Notes under the pieces: model-generated
Told to the model about the DNA's origin: nothing
Seen by the model: the letters and a program-made list of their open reading frames with translations, nothing else
The model's database searches: none
From: Macrostomum lignano
Taxonomy: Eukaryota
Length of the DNA stretch: 64,000 nucleotides
Assembly: GCA_002269645.1 (NCBI GenBank)
Contig: NIVC01001403.1
Span: 124,001-188,000 of the forward strand
Direction: 5' to 3'
In this document: positions 51,936 through 64,000 of the stretch, piece by piece
Position numbering within the stretch: the stretch's first letter is position 1
Layout of the letters: each line of letters begins with the position of its first letter
Made by a program: the position numbers and the translations under genes

Positions 51936-54900
51936 CCCTGACAGTAGCAAAGATGGACATTCGATGCTTCGTCCAGGATTTCAGCAGCTTCCAGAGCAGC
52001 AGCAACAGCAATTTGCTGCACCTCGCCTAGTAGTTCAGGGGCCGCCGCCGCCGCCGCCGGGCTTCCACCGCCAGGTGTCCTATCCATCCGGCTACATGGT
52101 GGCGCCTCAGTCGGCAGCTGAGCACCAGCAGCACCTGCACCAGTCACCGCATCTTCATCCGCACTTTCACCGGCCTCCGTTGCCACCGCCGCCGCCGCCT
52201 CCTGCGCCACCTCAGTTTCAGCACAATCAGCAGCAGCCCCAGTTGCTGCACTTTCAGCCACCAGCTCAAAGAGCTTTCCAGCAGCAGCAGCAGATGCAAC
52301 ACCATCAGGCTGTGCGAGGTGAGATTCTGGAGTGGCTAAATCTCTGGGATGAGATTCTAGAGTGGCTAGATCTCTGGGGTGAGATTCTGGAGTGGCTAGA
52401 TCTCTGGGTGAGGTTATAGAATGGATAATTCTCTGGGGTGAGATTCTAGAGTAGATAATTCTCTGGGGTGAGATTCTAGAGTGGCCAAATCTCTAGGGTG
52501 AGATTCTAAAGTGTATAATTCTCTGGGTTGAGATTCTAGAGTGGCTAAATCTCTAGGGTGAGATTCTAGGAGTGGCTAAATCTCTGGGATGAGATTCTAG
52601 AGTGGCTAGATCTCTGGGGTGAGATTCTGGAGTGGCTAGATCTCTGGGTGAGGTTATAGAATGGATAATTCTCTGGGGTGAGATTCTAGAGTAGATAATT
52701 CTCTGGGGTGAGATTCTAGAGTGGCCAAATCTCTAGGGTGAGATTCTAAAGTGTATAATTCTCTGGGTTGAGATTCTAGAGTGGCTAAATCTCTAGGGTG
52801 AGATTCTAGGAGTGGATAATTCTCTGGGGTGAGATTATGGAGTGGCGAGATCTCTGGGACGAGATTCTAGAGGGAATAGCTCAGTCTAGACTTATCGCAC
52901 TCTGATTCCCACAAAAGTTTCTGCATCTCGCATTCTCTCGCCCCTCATCTCTACCCGCATTCGCTTGCCGCAGCCGATTTTGAGCAGCCAAGGTCAGTCG
53001 GCCTTCTGCCCCAACATCAGCCATCGTCAGTGTCCATCAGCGTGGCAGCCACCGTCGGCGGCCATGTCGCTACGACAACGACGACAAACAGCGGGCAACC
53101 GCTGTCCGCTGCATCTGCCGACTCCGCCGATGCCGCCGCTTCAACTGCGGCGCCAATGTCCGACGAGAGCATCGGCAAGCTCAACGACACCTTCGACACT
53201 GTGCTGAGAAATGCTTCGGCAGCTGCCGAGGTCGGTGGCGGTGTCGGCGCATCGACTGCCTACCTGGCCGATCCGTCCAAAGCCGACGTGCTGGACAAAT
53301 TCCATCGCCAAAATCTTGCCGGCGGCGCGACGTCGCCTTCGTCAAAGAAAAAGCGTACCAGCGCCGGCGGCAAAGCGGCGACGCCGTCGACTCCGACGCC
53401 GCCTCTGTCGCTGTCCGCGTCGATGCCGTTAGGTGAAAATGGCTCGGCCGTCTACGACAGCTTGAAGCAGCGCCTGGCTGAACAGCGATTGGCTGGGCCA
53501 ATGCGAACTTTGCTGCAGGATCCGAAGGTTTGAGATGAGCAGTGGCGCCTACTGCTGTAGCGCTGGGGACTGAGGGGTTTGTAGCTTCAGTGGCTGAAGG
53601 GTTTGTAGCTTCAATGGCTGAAGGGTTTGTAGCTTCAGTGGCTGAAGGGTTTGTAGCTTCAATGGCTGAAGGGTTTGTAGCTTCAGTGGCTGAAGGGTTT
53701 GTAGCTTCAGTGGCTGAAGAGTTTGTGGCTTCAGTGGCTGACGGGTTTGTAGCTTCAGTGGCTGAAGGGTTTGTAGCTTCAGTGGCTGAAGGGATTTGTA
53801 GCTTCAGTGGCTGAAGGGTTTGTAGCTTCAGTGGCTGAAGGGTTTTCTAGCTTCAGTGGCTGAAGGGTTTGTAGCTTCAGTGGCGGATCTTTTAGCTTCA
53901 GAAACTAAAAACGTTTAACTCCACTGGCTCCTCCACCTTATACCAACCTACCAACCTCGCAATGGCTCCTAAATCCTCATCGCCAATACTGTTGCAACAG
54001 GTGTACACAGACCTGCGCCTTCTGTTGCCACCCGGAACCGGGTCTCTTGGCGCCTTCTTTGCCAGGCCTGACGGTTCAGTGGGGCGATATCGCTCCCAGG
54101 CGTCCCAGCCGGGAGGCGTCGAGCTGGGCCGATACAGCCTCAAACCGTACAGCTGTTCGAGGCATCCTTCTCATAAATTGCTGCTGGCCAACATCCCGGA
54201 TGTTCTGACCAGCTCCGTGCCTCAACCAGCCGATGAATTGATAGCTCCGGTTCAGACTCGCAGCGAGCTGCTGTTACCTCTCGGCGATTCTTGCGGATCC
54301 GAATCCAGTTTCCCGTGCGCCGTTGCGGTGCCGCCGGATTTCGGCGAAGACACAGACGACGCCGCTGAACAGATGGTTGAACGGCTGTTGGAATCTCTGG
54401 AGCCCGAGGCGGAGCCCGAGTCGCCTAGGGCTGGCACACCTCAGCTGCCCGGCTTCTGCTCCGGTGAGCTCTGCTTTGGGATTAAAAATCGCCTCTGATA
54501 ATCCCTCTGAACTGCTTCCTGTAATCTCTCTGAACTGCTTCCTGTAATCTCTCTGAACTGCTTCCTGTAATCTCTCTGAACTGCTTCCGGTAATCTCTCT
54601 GAACTGCTTCCTGTAATCTCTCTGAACTGCTTCCTGTAATCTCTCTGAACTGCTTCCGGTAATCCCTCTGAACTGCTTCCGTAATCCCTCCTGAACTGCC
54701 TCTGATATCTCTCCTGAACTTTCTCTGATAATCTTCCTGAACTTTCTTTGGTAATCCCTCCTAAACTTTCTCTGGTAATCCCTCCTAAACTTTCTCTGGT
54801 AATCCCTCCTGAAATTTCTCTGATAATCCCTCCTGAACTTTCTCTGATATCTCCTGAACTTTCTCTGATAATCCTCCTGAACTTTCTCTGATAATCCTCC

Positions 54901-57900
54901 TGAACTTTCTCTCTGGTAATCCTGAACTTTCTCTGGTAATCCTCCTGAACTTTCTCTGGTAATCCTGAACTTTCTCTGATAATCTCTCCTGAAATTTCTC
55001 TGATAATCCCTTCTGAAATTTCTCTGGTATCCCTCCTGAACTTTCTCTGATAATCTCTCCTGAAATTTCTCTGATAATCCCTCCTGAAATTTCTCTGATA
55101 TCCCTCCTGAACTTTCTCTGATAATCCCTCCTGAACTTTCTCTGATAATCTCTCCTGAAATTTCTCTGATATCCCTCCTGAACTTTCTCTGATAATCCCT
55201 CCTGAAATTTCTCTGATAATCCCTCCTGAACTTTCTCTGATATCTCCTGAACTTTCTCTGATAATCCTCCTGAACTTTCTCTGATATCTCCTGAACTTTC
55301 TCTGATAATCCTCCTGAACTTTCTCTCTGGTAATCCTGAACTTTCTCTGGTAATCCTCCTGAACTTTCTCTGGTAATCCTGAACTTTCTCTGGTAATCCT
55401 CCTGAACTTTCTCTGGTAATCCTGAACTTTCTCTGATAATCTCTCCTGAAATTTCTCTGATAATCTCTCCTGAAATTTCTCTGATAATCCCTCCTGAAAT
55501 TTCTCTGGTAATCCTCCTGAACTTTCTCTGGTAATCCCCCTGAACTTTCTCTGATAATCTCTCCTGAAATTTCTCTGGTAATCCCCCTGAAATTTCTCTG
55601 GTAATCCCTCCTGAACTTTCTCTGATAATCCCTCCTGAAATTTCTCTGATAATCCCTCCTGAACCTTCTCTGATATCTCCTGAACTTTCTCTGATATCTC
55701 CTGAACTTTCTCTGATAATCCTCCTGAACTTTCTCTCTGGTAATCCTAAAATTTCTCTGATAATCTCTCCTGAAATTTCTCTGATAATCCCTCCTGAAAT
55801 TTCTCTGGTAATCCTCCTGAACTTTCTCTGGTAATCCTGAACTTTCTCTGGTAATCCTCCTGAACTTTCTCTGGTAATCCTGAACTTTCTCTGATAATCT
55901 CTCCTGAAATTTCTCTGATAATTTCTCCTGAAATTTCTCTGATAATCCCTCCTGAAATTTCTCTGGTAATCCTCCTGAACTTTCTCTGGTAATCCCCCTG
56001 AACTTTCTCTGATAATCTCTCCTGAAATTTCTCTGATATCCCTCCTGAACGTTCTCTGATAATCCCTCCTGGAATTTCTCTGATAATCCCTCCTGAAATT
56101 TCTCTGATATCCCTCCTGAACTTTCTCTGATAATCCCTCCTGAACTTTCTCTGATAATCTCTCCTGAAATTTCTCTGATATCCCTCCTGAACTTTCTCTG
56201 ATAATCCCTCCTGAAATTTCTCTGATAATCCCTCCTGAACTTTCTCTGATATCTCCTGAACTTTCTCTGATAATCCTCCTGAACTTTCTCTGATATCTCC
56301 TGAACTTTCTCTGATAATCCTCCTGAACTTTCTCTCTGGTAATCCTGAACTTTCTCTGGTAATCCTCCTGAACTTTCTCTGGTAATCCTGAACTTTCTCT
56401 GGTAATCCTCCTGAACTTTCTCTGGTAATCCTGAACTTTCTCTGATAATCTCTCCTGAAATTTCTCTGATAATCTCTCCTGAAATTTCTCTGATAATCCC
56501 TCCTGAAATTTCTCTGGTAATCCTCCTGAACTTTCTCTGGTAATCCCCCCTGAACTTTCTCTAATAATCTCTCCTGAAATTTCTCTGGTAATCCCCCCTG
56601 AAATTTCTCTGGTAATCCCTCCTGAACTTTCTCTGATAATCCCTCCTGAAATTTCTCTGATAATCCCTCCTGAACCTTCTCTGATATCTCCTGAACTTTC
56701 TCTGATATCTCCTGAACTTTCTCTGATAATCCTCCTGAACTTTCTCTCTGGTAATCCTAAAATTTCTCTGATAATCTCTCCTGAAATTTCTCTGATAATC
56801 CCTCCTGAAATTTCTCTGGTAATCCTCCTGAACTTTCTCTGGTAATCCTGAACTTTCTCTGGTAATCCTCCTGAACTTTCTCTGGTAATCCTGAACTTTC
56901 TCTGATAATCTCTCCTGAAATTTCTCTGATAATCTCTCCTGAAATTTCTCTGATAATCCCTCCTGAAATTTCTCTGGTAATCCTCCTGAACTTTCTCTGG
57001 TAATCCCCCCTGAACTTTCTCTGATAATCTCTCCTGAAATTTCTCTGATATCCCTCCTGAACGTTCTCTGATAATCCCTCCTGGAATTTCTCTGATAATC
57101 CCTCCTGAACCTTCTCTGATATCTCCTGAACTTTCTCTGATAATCCTCCTGAACTTTCTCTGATATCTCCTGAACTTTCTCTGATAATCCTCCTGAACTT
57201 TCTCTCTGGTAATCCTGAACTTTCTCTGGTAATCCTCCTGAACTTTCTCTGGTAATCCTGAACTTTCTCTGGTAATCCTCCTGAACTTTCTCTGGTAATC
57301 CTGAACTTTCTCTGATAATCTCTCCTGAAATTTCTCTGATAATCTCTCCTGAAATTTCTCTGATAATCCCTCCTGAAATTTCTCTGGTAATCCTCCTGAA
57401 CTTTCTCTGGTAATCCCCCTGAACTTTCTCTGATAATCTCTCCTGAAATTTCTCTGGTAATCCCCCCTGAAATTTCTCTGGTAATCCCTCCTGAACTTTC
57501 TCTGATAATCCCTCCTGAAATTTCTCTGATAATCCCTCCTGAACCTTCTCTGATATCTCCTGAACTTTCTCTGATATCTCCTGAACTTTCTCTGATAATC
57601 CTCCTGAACTTTCTCTCTGGTAATCCTAAAATTTCTCTGATAATCCCTCCTGAAATTTCTCTGGTAATCCTCCTGAACTTTCTCTGGTAATCCTGAACTT
57701 TCTCTGGTAATCCTCCTGAACTTTCTCTGGTAATCCTGAACTTTCTCTGATAATCCCTCCTGAACTTTCTCTGATAATCTCTCCTGAAATTTCTCTGATA
57801 TCCCTCCTGAACTTTCTCTGATAATCCCTCCTGAAATTTCTCTGATAATCCCTCCTGAACTTTCTCTGATATCTCCTGAACTTTCTCTGATAATCCTCCT

Positions 57901-60900
57901 GAACTTTCTCTGATATCTCCTGAACTTTCTCTGATAATCCTCCTGAACTTTCTCTCTGGTAATCCTGAACTTTCTCTGGTAATCCTCCTGAACTTTCTCT
58001 GGTAATCCTGAACTTTCTCTGGTAATCCTCCTGAACTTTCTCTGGTAATCCTGAACTTTCTCTGATAATCTCTCCTGAAATTTCTCTGATAATCTCTCCT
58101 GAAATTTCTCTGATAATCCCTCCTGAAATTTCTCTGGTAATCCTCCTGAACTTTCTCTGGTAATCCCCCCTGAACTTTCTCTAATAATCTCTCCTGAAAT
58201 TTCTCTGGTAATCCCCCCTGAAATTTCTCTGGTAATCCCTCCTGAACTTTCTCTGATAATCCCTCCTGAAATTTCTCTGATAATCCCTCCTGAACCTTCT
58301 CTGATATCTCCTGAACTTTCTCTGATATCTCCTGAACTTTCTCTGATAATCCTCCTGAACTTTCTCTCTGGTAATCCTAAAATTTCTCTGATAATCTCTC
58401 CTGAAATTTCTCTGATAATCCCTCCTGAAATTTCTCTGGTAATCCTCCTGAACTTTCTCTGGTAATCCTGAACTTTCTCTGGTAATCCTCCTGAACTTTC
58501 TCTGGTAATCCTGAACTTTCTCTGATAATCCCTCCTGAACTTTCTCTGATAATCTCTCCTGAAATTTCTCTGATATCCCTCCTGAACTTTCTCTGATAAT
58601 CCCTCCTGAAATTTCTCTGATAATCCCTCCTGAACTTTCTCTGATATCTCCTGAACTTTCTCTGATAATCCTCCTGAACTTTCTCTGATATCTCCTGAAC
58701 TTTCTCTGATAATCCTCCTGAACTTTCTCTCTGGTAATCCTGAACTTTCTCTGGTAATCCTCCTGAACTTTCTCTGGTAATCCTGAACTTTCTCTGGTAA
58801 TCCTCCTGAACTTTCTCTGGTAATCCTGAACTTTCTCTGATAATCTCTCCTGAAATTTCTCTGATAATCTCTCCTGAAATTTCTCTGATAATCCCTCCTG
58901 AAATTTCTCTGGTAATCCTCCTGAACTTTCTCTGGTAATCCCCCTGAACTTTCTCTAATAATCTCTCCTGAAATTTCTCTGGTAATCCCCCTGAAATTTC
59001 TCTGGTAATCCCTCCTGAACTTTCTCTGATAATCCCTCCTGAAATTTCTCTGATAATCCCTCCTGAACCTTCTCTGATATCTCCTGAACTTTCTCTGATA
59101 TCTCCTGAACTTTCTCTGATAATCCTCCTGAACTTTCTCTCTGGTAATCCTAAAATTTCTCTGATAATCTCTCCTGAAATTTCTCTGATAATCCCTCCTG
59201 AAATTTCTCTGGTAATCCTCCTGAACTTTCTCTGGTAATCCTGAACTTTCTCTGGTAATCCTCCTGAACTTTCTCTGGTAATCCTGAACTTTCTCTGATA
59301 ATCTCTCCTGAAATTTCTCTGATAATTTCTCCTGAAATTTCTCTGATAATCCCTCCTGAAATTTCTCTGGTAATCCTCCTGAACTTTCTCTGGTAATCCC
59401 CCCTGAACTTTCTCTGATAATCTCTCCTGAAATTTCTCTGATATCCCTCCTGAACGTTCTCTGATAATCCCTCCTGGAATTTCTCTGATAATCCCTCCTG
59501 AACCTTCTCTGATATCTCCTGAACTTTCTCTGATAATCCTCCTGAACTTTCTCTGATATCTCCTGAACTTTCTCTGATAATCCTCCTGAACTTTCTCTCT
59601 GGTAATCCTGAACTTTCTCTGGTAATCCTCCTGAACTTTCTCTGGTAATCCTGAACTTTCTCTGGTAATCCTCCTGAACTTTCTCTGGTAATCCTGAACT
59701 TTCTCTGATAATCTCTCCTGAAATTTCTCTGATAATCTCTCCTGAAATTTCTCTGATAATCCCTCCTGAAATTTCTCTGGTAATCCTCCTGAACTTTCTC
59801 TGGTAATCCCCCCTGAACTTTCTCTGATAATCTCTCCTGAAATTTCTCTGGTAATCCCCCCTGAAATTTCTCTGGTAATCCCTCCTGAACTTTCTCTGAT
59901 AATCCCTCCTGAAATTTCTCTGATAATCCCTCCTGAACCTTCTCTGATATCTCCTGAACTTTCTCTGATATCTCCTGAACTTTCTCTGATAATCCTCCTG
60001 AACTTTCTCTCTGGTAATCCTAAAATTTCTCTGATAATCTCTCCTGAAATTTCTCTGATAATCCCTCCTGAAATTTCTCTGGTAATCCTCCTGAACTTTC
60101 TCTGGTAATCCTGAACTTTCTCTGGTAATCCTCCTGAACTTTCTCTGGTAATCCTGAACTTTCTCTGATAATCTCTCCTGAAATTTCTCTGATAATTTCT
60201 CCTGAAATTTCTCTGATAATCCCTCCTGAAATTTCTCTGGTAATCCTCCTGAACTTTCTCTGGTAATCCCCCCTGAACTTTCTCTGATAATCTCTCCTGA
60301 AATTTCTCTGATATCCCTCCTGAACGTTCTCTGATAATCCCTCCTGGAATTTCTCTGATAATCCCTCCTGAAATTTCTCTGATATCCCTCCTGAACTTTC
60401 TCTGATAATCCCTCCTGAACTTTCTCTGATAATCTCTCCTGAAATTTCTCTGATATCCCTCCTGAACTTTCTCTGATAATCCCTCCTGAAATTTCTCTGA
60501 TAATCCCTCCTGAACTTTCTCTGATATCTCCTGAACTTTCTCTGATAATCCTCCTGAACTTTCTCTGATATCTCCTGAACTTTCTCTGATAATCCTCCTG
60601 AACTTTCTCTCTGGTAATCCTGAACTTTCTCTGGTAATCCTCCTGAACTTTCTCTGGTAATCCTGAACTTTCTCTGGTAATCCTCCTGAACTTTCTCTGG
60701 TAATCCTGAACTTTCTCTGATAATCCTCCTGAACTTTCTCTGATAATCCTCCTGAACTTTCTCTCTGGTAATCCTGAACTTTCTCTGGTAATCCTCCTGA
60801 ACTTTCTCTCTGGTAATCCTCTTGAACTTTCTCTGGTAATCCTCCTGAACTTTCTCTGGTAATCCTGAACTTTCTCTGATAATCTCTCCTGAAATTTCTC

Positions 60901-63900
60901 TAATAATCTCTCCTGAAATTTCTCTGATAATCCCTCCTGAAATTTCTCTGGTAATCCTCCTGAACTTTCTCTGGTAATCCCCCCTGAACTTTCTCTGATA
61001 ATCTCTCCTGAAATTTCTCTGGTAATCCCCCCTGAAATTTCTCTGGTAATCCCTCCTGAACTTTCTCTGATAATCCCTCCTGAAATTTCTCTGATAATCC
61101 CTCCTGAACCTTCTCTGATATCTCCTGAACTTTCTCTGATATCTCCTGAACTTTCTCTGATAATCCTCCTGAACTTTCTCTCTGGTAATCCTAAAATTTC
61201 TCTGATAATCTCTCCTGAAATTTCTCTGATAATCCCTCCTGAAATTTCTCTGGTAATCCTCCTGAACTTTCTCTGGTAATCCTGAACTTTCTCTGGTAAT
61301 CCTCCTGAACTTTCTCTGGTAATCCTGAACTTTCTCTGATAATCTCTCCTGAAATTTCTCTGATAATCTCTCCTGAAATTTCTCTGATAATCCCTCCTGA
61401 AATTTCTCTGGTAATCCTCCTGAACTTTCTCTGGTAATCCCCCCTGAACGTTCTCTGATAATCTCTCCTGAAATTTCTCTGATATCCCTCCTGAACTTTC
61501 TCTGATAATCCCTCCTGGAATTTCTCTGATAATCCCTCCTGAACCTTCTCTGATATCTCCTGAACTTTCTCTGATAATCCTCCTGAACTTTCTCTGATAT
61601 CTCCTGAACTTTCTCTGATAATCCTCCTGAACTTTCTCTCTGGTAATCCTGAACTTTCTCTGGTAATCCTCCTGAACTTTCTCTGATAATCTCTCCTGAA
61701 CTTTCTCTGGTAATCCTCCTGAACTTTCTCTGATAATCTCTCCTGAAATTTCTCTGGTAATCCCCCCTGAACTTTCTCTGGTAATCCCTCCTGAAATTTC
61801 TCCGGTAATCCTCCTGAACTTTCTCTGGTAATCCCCCCTGAAATTTCTCTGGTAATCCTCCTGAACTTTCTCTGGTAATCCCCCTGAACTTTCTCTGATA
61901 ATCTCTCCTGAAATTTCTCTGATATCCCTCCTGAACTTTCTCTGATAATCCCTCCTGAAATTTCTCTGATAATCCCTCCTGAACTTTCTCTGATATCTCC
62001 TGAACTTTCTCTGATAATCCTCCTGAACTTTCTCTGGTAATCCCCCCTGAACTTCCTCTGGTAATCCCTCAAACTAATTCAAACACCCCATATCCCCCCA
62101 GAATCCGTTACCGTTGTTGCCGACGCTGCGGAAGATTCCATGGACATAGAGGCCAACCTGACGGACACCACCGACACCGGAGTGGCCGGGTCGCCAGCCG
62201 ATCATCAGGCAGACGAAGACCAGTTCAGCGCCGACTCTCCAACAGTGCAGAGCGGGCAGCGAAATGGAGTTTCAACTCTAAGCGGCAATGTTATGCGCTC
62301 CCTCACTTGCCTGCTCGGGTTGGATTTCAACAGCCAACTGGAGCAGCTCATCCATCGGAATAAAAAGCACCGATTGAACTCTGCCAGAGACTCAGCCAGG
62401 CCAGCCATCGCCGCTCCGCCGCCGGTTCCGCCGGCGCGTAGGCACGCCGAAGACGCGGTGACCGTGTCGTCGTTAATCTCCGCTAAGCAGCCTGTCGTAT
62501 GCGCCAGGTGCGACCTGCCGATATCGTCGGCGTCTTCGGCTGTGCGATGCCGTTCGAATCAGTTGGCTACCGACACTGCTGGAGCCTCTCTTGGCGACGA
62601 TCTTTCCAATTCTACTACTGCTACTACTACTAACCAAGTAGTAGCTCAAGCGTCGCAGCAGCAGGATGAATTGCTGTTCTGCAGTTCGCATTGCATGTCG
62701 CTGCATTCGAGGTCGCTCGCCGATGAGGCCCAGCTTCCTGGTAGCGGAACAAAGGTACGAATGTACTTTAGTGCTGCTACGTTTCTTTTCATTGGCAGTT
62801 TTTTAAAGACTGAACTTTAATGGTATCTAGTTAAGTTCCATGGTTTGTTACATATGCTGTACGAGCTCGACAGATTTTAGTATATTATTGCTCGCTCTAG
62901 AGCGTTATGGACAAGCAAGCATACAAACAAACCTTAGAGATTTAGTATATTTAGATTGGTCAAGAATTGCAATCTCTAGAGCGTACTTACAAACTTACAA
63001 GACAAACTTAGTATATTTAGAAGATGTCTACTCTCAGTGCCTTTAGATACTTCTCGAAGTCTGGAACTTCTCAAGGAAAGGTCCCGATGCCTCTAGATAG
63101 GTCCCAATGCCTCTAGATAGGTCCCAATGCCTCTAGATAGGTCCCAATGCCTCTAGATAGGTCCCAATGCCTCTTGATAGGTCCCAACGTCTCTAGGTAG
63201 ATCCCAATGCCTCTAGGTTAGTCCCAATGCCTCTTGATAGGTCCCAATGTCTCTAGGTTAGTCCCAATGCCTCTTGATAGGTCCCAATGTCTCTAGATAG
63301 GTCTCGATGCCTCTAGATAGGTCCAGAAATCTGACCCCCTTGATCCGCAATGTACTTCTCCACTACAGTATATACTTATATCAAATTTTCGAGTAAAATC
63401 CCAAATTTTCAATCTCGCCATCTCTGCAAATCTCCCCCCCACCGGCAGCGCTCGGACGATTGGCTTGGCATTGCGGGCGAGCTCCGGCCCCAGCTCTACG
63501 TTGGCGACGACGATCAGCCGACCTCCGTCCCGGTGCTGCTGCAGCCGTCAGCCCCTGGCAACCGGGCGCGGCAGCACCTGTTGGATCGGCCGCCCAGCCA
63601 GGCCCTGGGCGCCACCATCATCGGTATTCGGGCCGCCGCGGCCGCCGGCCTGGTGTCGCCCGCCTCTATCGCTCCGCCTTTGAGCTCCTTGGCTGCGACT
63701 GCGGCCTCCGCTCAATCGGCCGGCTTCTTTGGCGGCAATACCTCGTCGGCGTCCGCTGCCGCCGCCGCCGCCGCATCCGCCGCCGCGCTGTCCCGACGTC
63801 GGAGCTTGTCATCAGCCGCGTCGACCCTGGATGGCAGCGGCGGTATCGGCGGCGGCCTTTCTGAATCGTCCGGCGGTGGCGGTGTGCCAACTAAGAAATG

Positions 63901-63985
63901 GAAAGGGCTGCGCTGGCGAAAGTTCGGGCCGGATTTCCGGCCGGCTCAGGAGTACAGGCCGATGTCCGAGACCGAGATTGAAGAG
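37776..63985 (+). CDS. KMT2C: Histone-lysine N-methyltransferase 2C/2D orthologue (MLL3/MLL4; trr+Lpt), 5' part; runs off the window end
   Basis: Phase-consistent exons: 37776-38533, 38791-39406, 40571-41662, 42475-44535, 46904-47119, 47288-47735, 47834-47901, 47992-50874, 51589-52318, 52974-53527, 53902-54463, 62102-62754, 63449-63985. Diagnostic motifs: ePHD (CCFC..GQGD..WAHHCCAAWS..ENVDKA..RCAFCKRLGA..RYHFVCAAAAG), tandem PHDs (CDVCDKAFHTYCL; CSQCGQCYHTFC; LLLCDDCDISYHTFCLDPPL..VPKGAWKC), HMG box (RWLEDESLGDRAT..ILYAN..KMWRK), coiled segment NRKLKKNLNAKGRT|AKK, and KKWKGLRWRK. The pre-duplication orthologue cannot be assigned to 2C versus 2D. Confidence 0.96.
39410..40400. repeat. Tandem array, 14-15-bp unit GTCTAATT(T)GCTTCT
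   Basis: Starts a few bases after the donor at 39407; internal imperfect duplication with ~367-bp offset. Confidence 0.96.
41770..42330. repeat. Degenerate tandem array, ~27-bp unit TTCCTAGAAATCAGGGTTCCTGATGCT
   Basis: Direct periodicity; KMT2C/D intron 3. Confidence 0.9.
44580..46812. repeat. Tandem array, 22-23-bp unit GAGAATCGCCCACAGACCCCAAT
   Basis: Direct periodicity; fills the intron that splits the HMG box. Confidence 0.97.
48724..49550 (+). repeat. Coding 63-bp repeat (CEPGSGNCGTDDEADDAPKPR) within KMT2C/D exon 8
   Basis: 12 copies of CxPGSGNCGTDD; all unit-length variants keep the frame. Confidence 0.9.
50960..51550. repeat. Tandem array, ~34-bp unit TAACAATCTAAGGGGTGAGATTTCGCACCGGGAC
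   Basis: Direct periodicity; KMT2C/D intron 8. Confidence 0.92.
52319..52875. repeat. Tandem array, ~31-bp unit GTGAGATTCTAGAGTGGCTAAATCTCTGGGG
   Basis: First unit begins at the splice donor 52319. Confidence 0.93.
53565..53901. repeat. Tandem array, 24-bp unit GAAGGGTTTGTAGCTTCAGTGGCT
   Basis: Direct periodicity; the last degenerate unit ends at the acceptor 53901. Confidence 0.95.
54495..62070. repeat. 7.6-kb pyrimidine-rich satellite, 21-25-bp units (CTCTGATAATCCCTCCTGAAATTT-type) with higher-order repeats
   Basis: Direct periodicity; fills KMT2C/D intron 11. Confidence 0.98.
63085..63325. repeat. Tandem array, 20-bp unit GCCTCTAGATAGGTCCCAAT
   Basis: Direct periodicity; KMT2C/D intron 12. 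Confidence 0.93.
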
Positions 63986-64000
63986 GTGAGTCTTAATATC

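Overview
This is eukaryotic (metazoan) genomic DNA, not prokaryotic. GC-rich, low-complexity exons are separated by introns that almost all carry their own private tandem-repeat array. That style is what I associate with the flatworm Macrostomum; this is an inference, not shown by the sequence. Most long ORFs in the supplied track are artefacts of the arrays. Genes I could build by hand from GT-AG, phase-consistent exons: (1) the last exon of an adducin/hts-like gene (+, ~3929-4125); (2) a SPATA18/Mieap orthologue (-, 34175-21573, up to 13 exons, two of them candidate cassette exons); (3) downstream on the same strand, orphan His/Gln/Ala-rich exons (19856-16041) and a Cys/Lys/Pro repeat exon (14539-14087); (4) head-to-head with Mieap, an unsplit KMT2C/D (MLL3/4, trr/Lpt) gene (+, 37776 to the window end; ePHD, two PHD clusters, HMG box; FYRN/FYRC/SET expected beyond the window). 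Also present: a 269-bp hAT-type MITE with a perfect 8-bp TSD just upstream of KMT2C/D, and a 63-bp-arm hairpin in the adducin intron. Best leads: the one-intron-one-minisatellite architecture, with several units built from splice signals; a 12-copy CxPGSGNCGTDD repeat inside KMT2C/D; the Mieap cassette exons; and the Cys-rich repeat protein. Exon boundaries were read by eye and need RNA confirmation.
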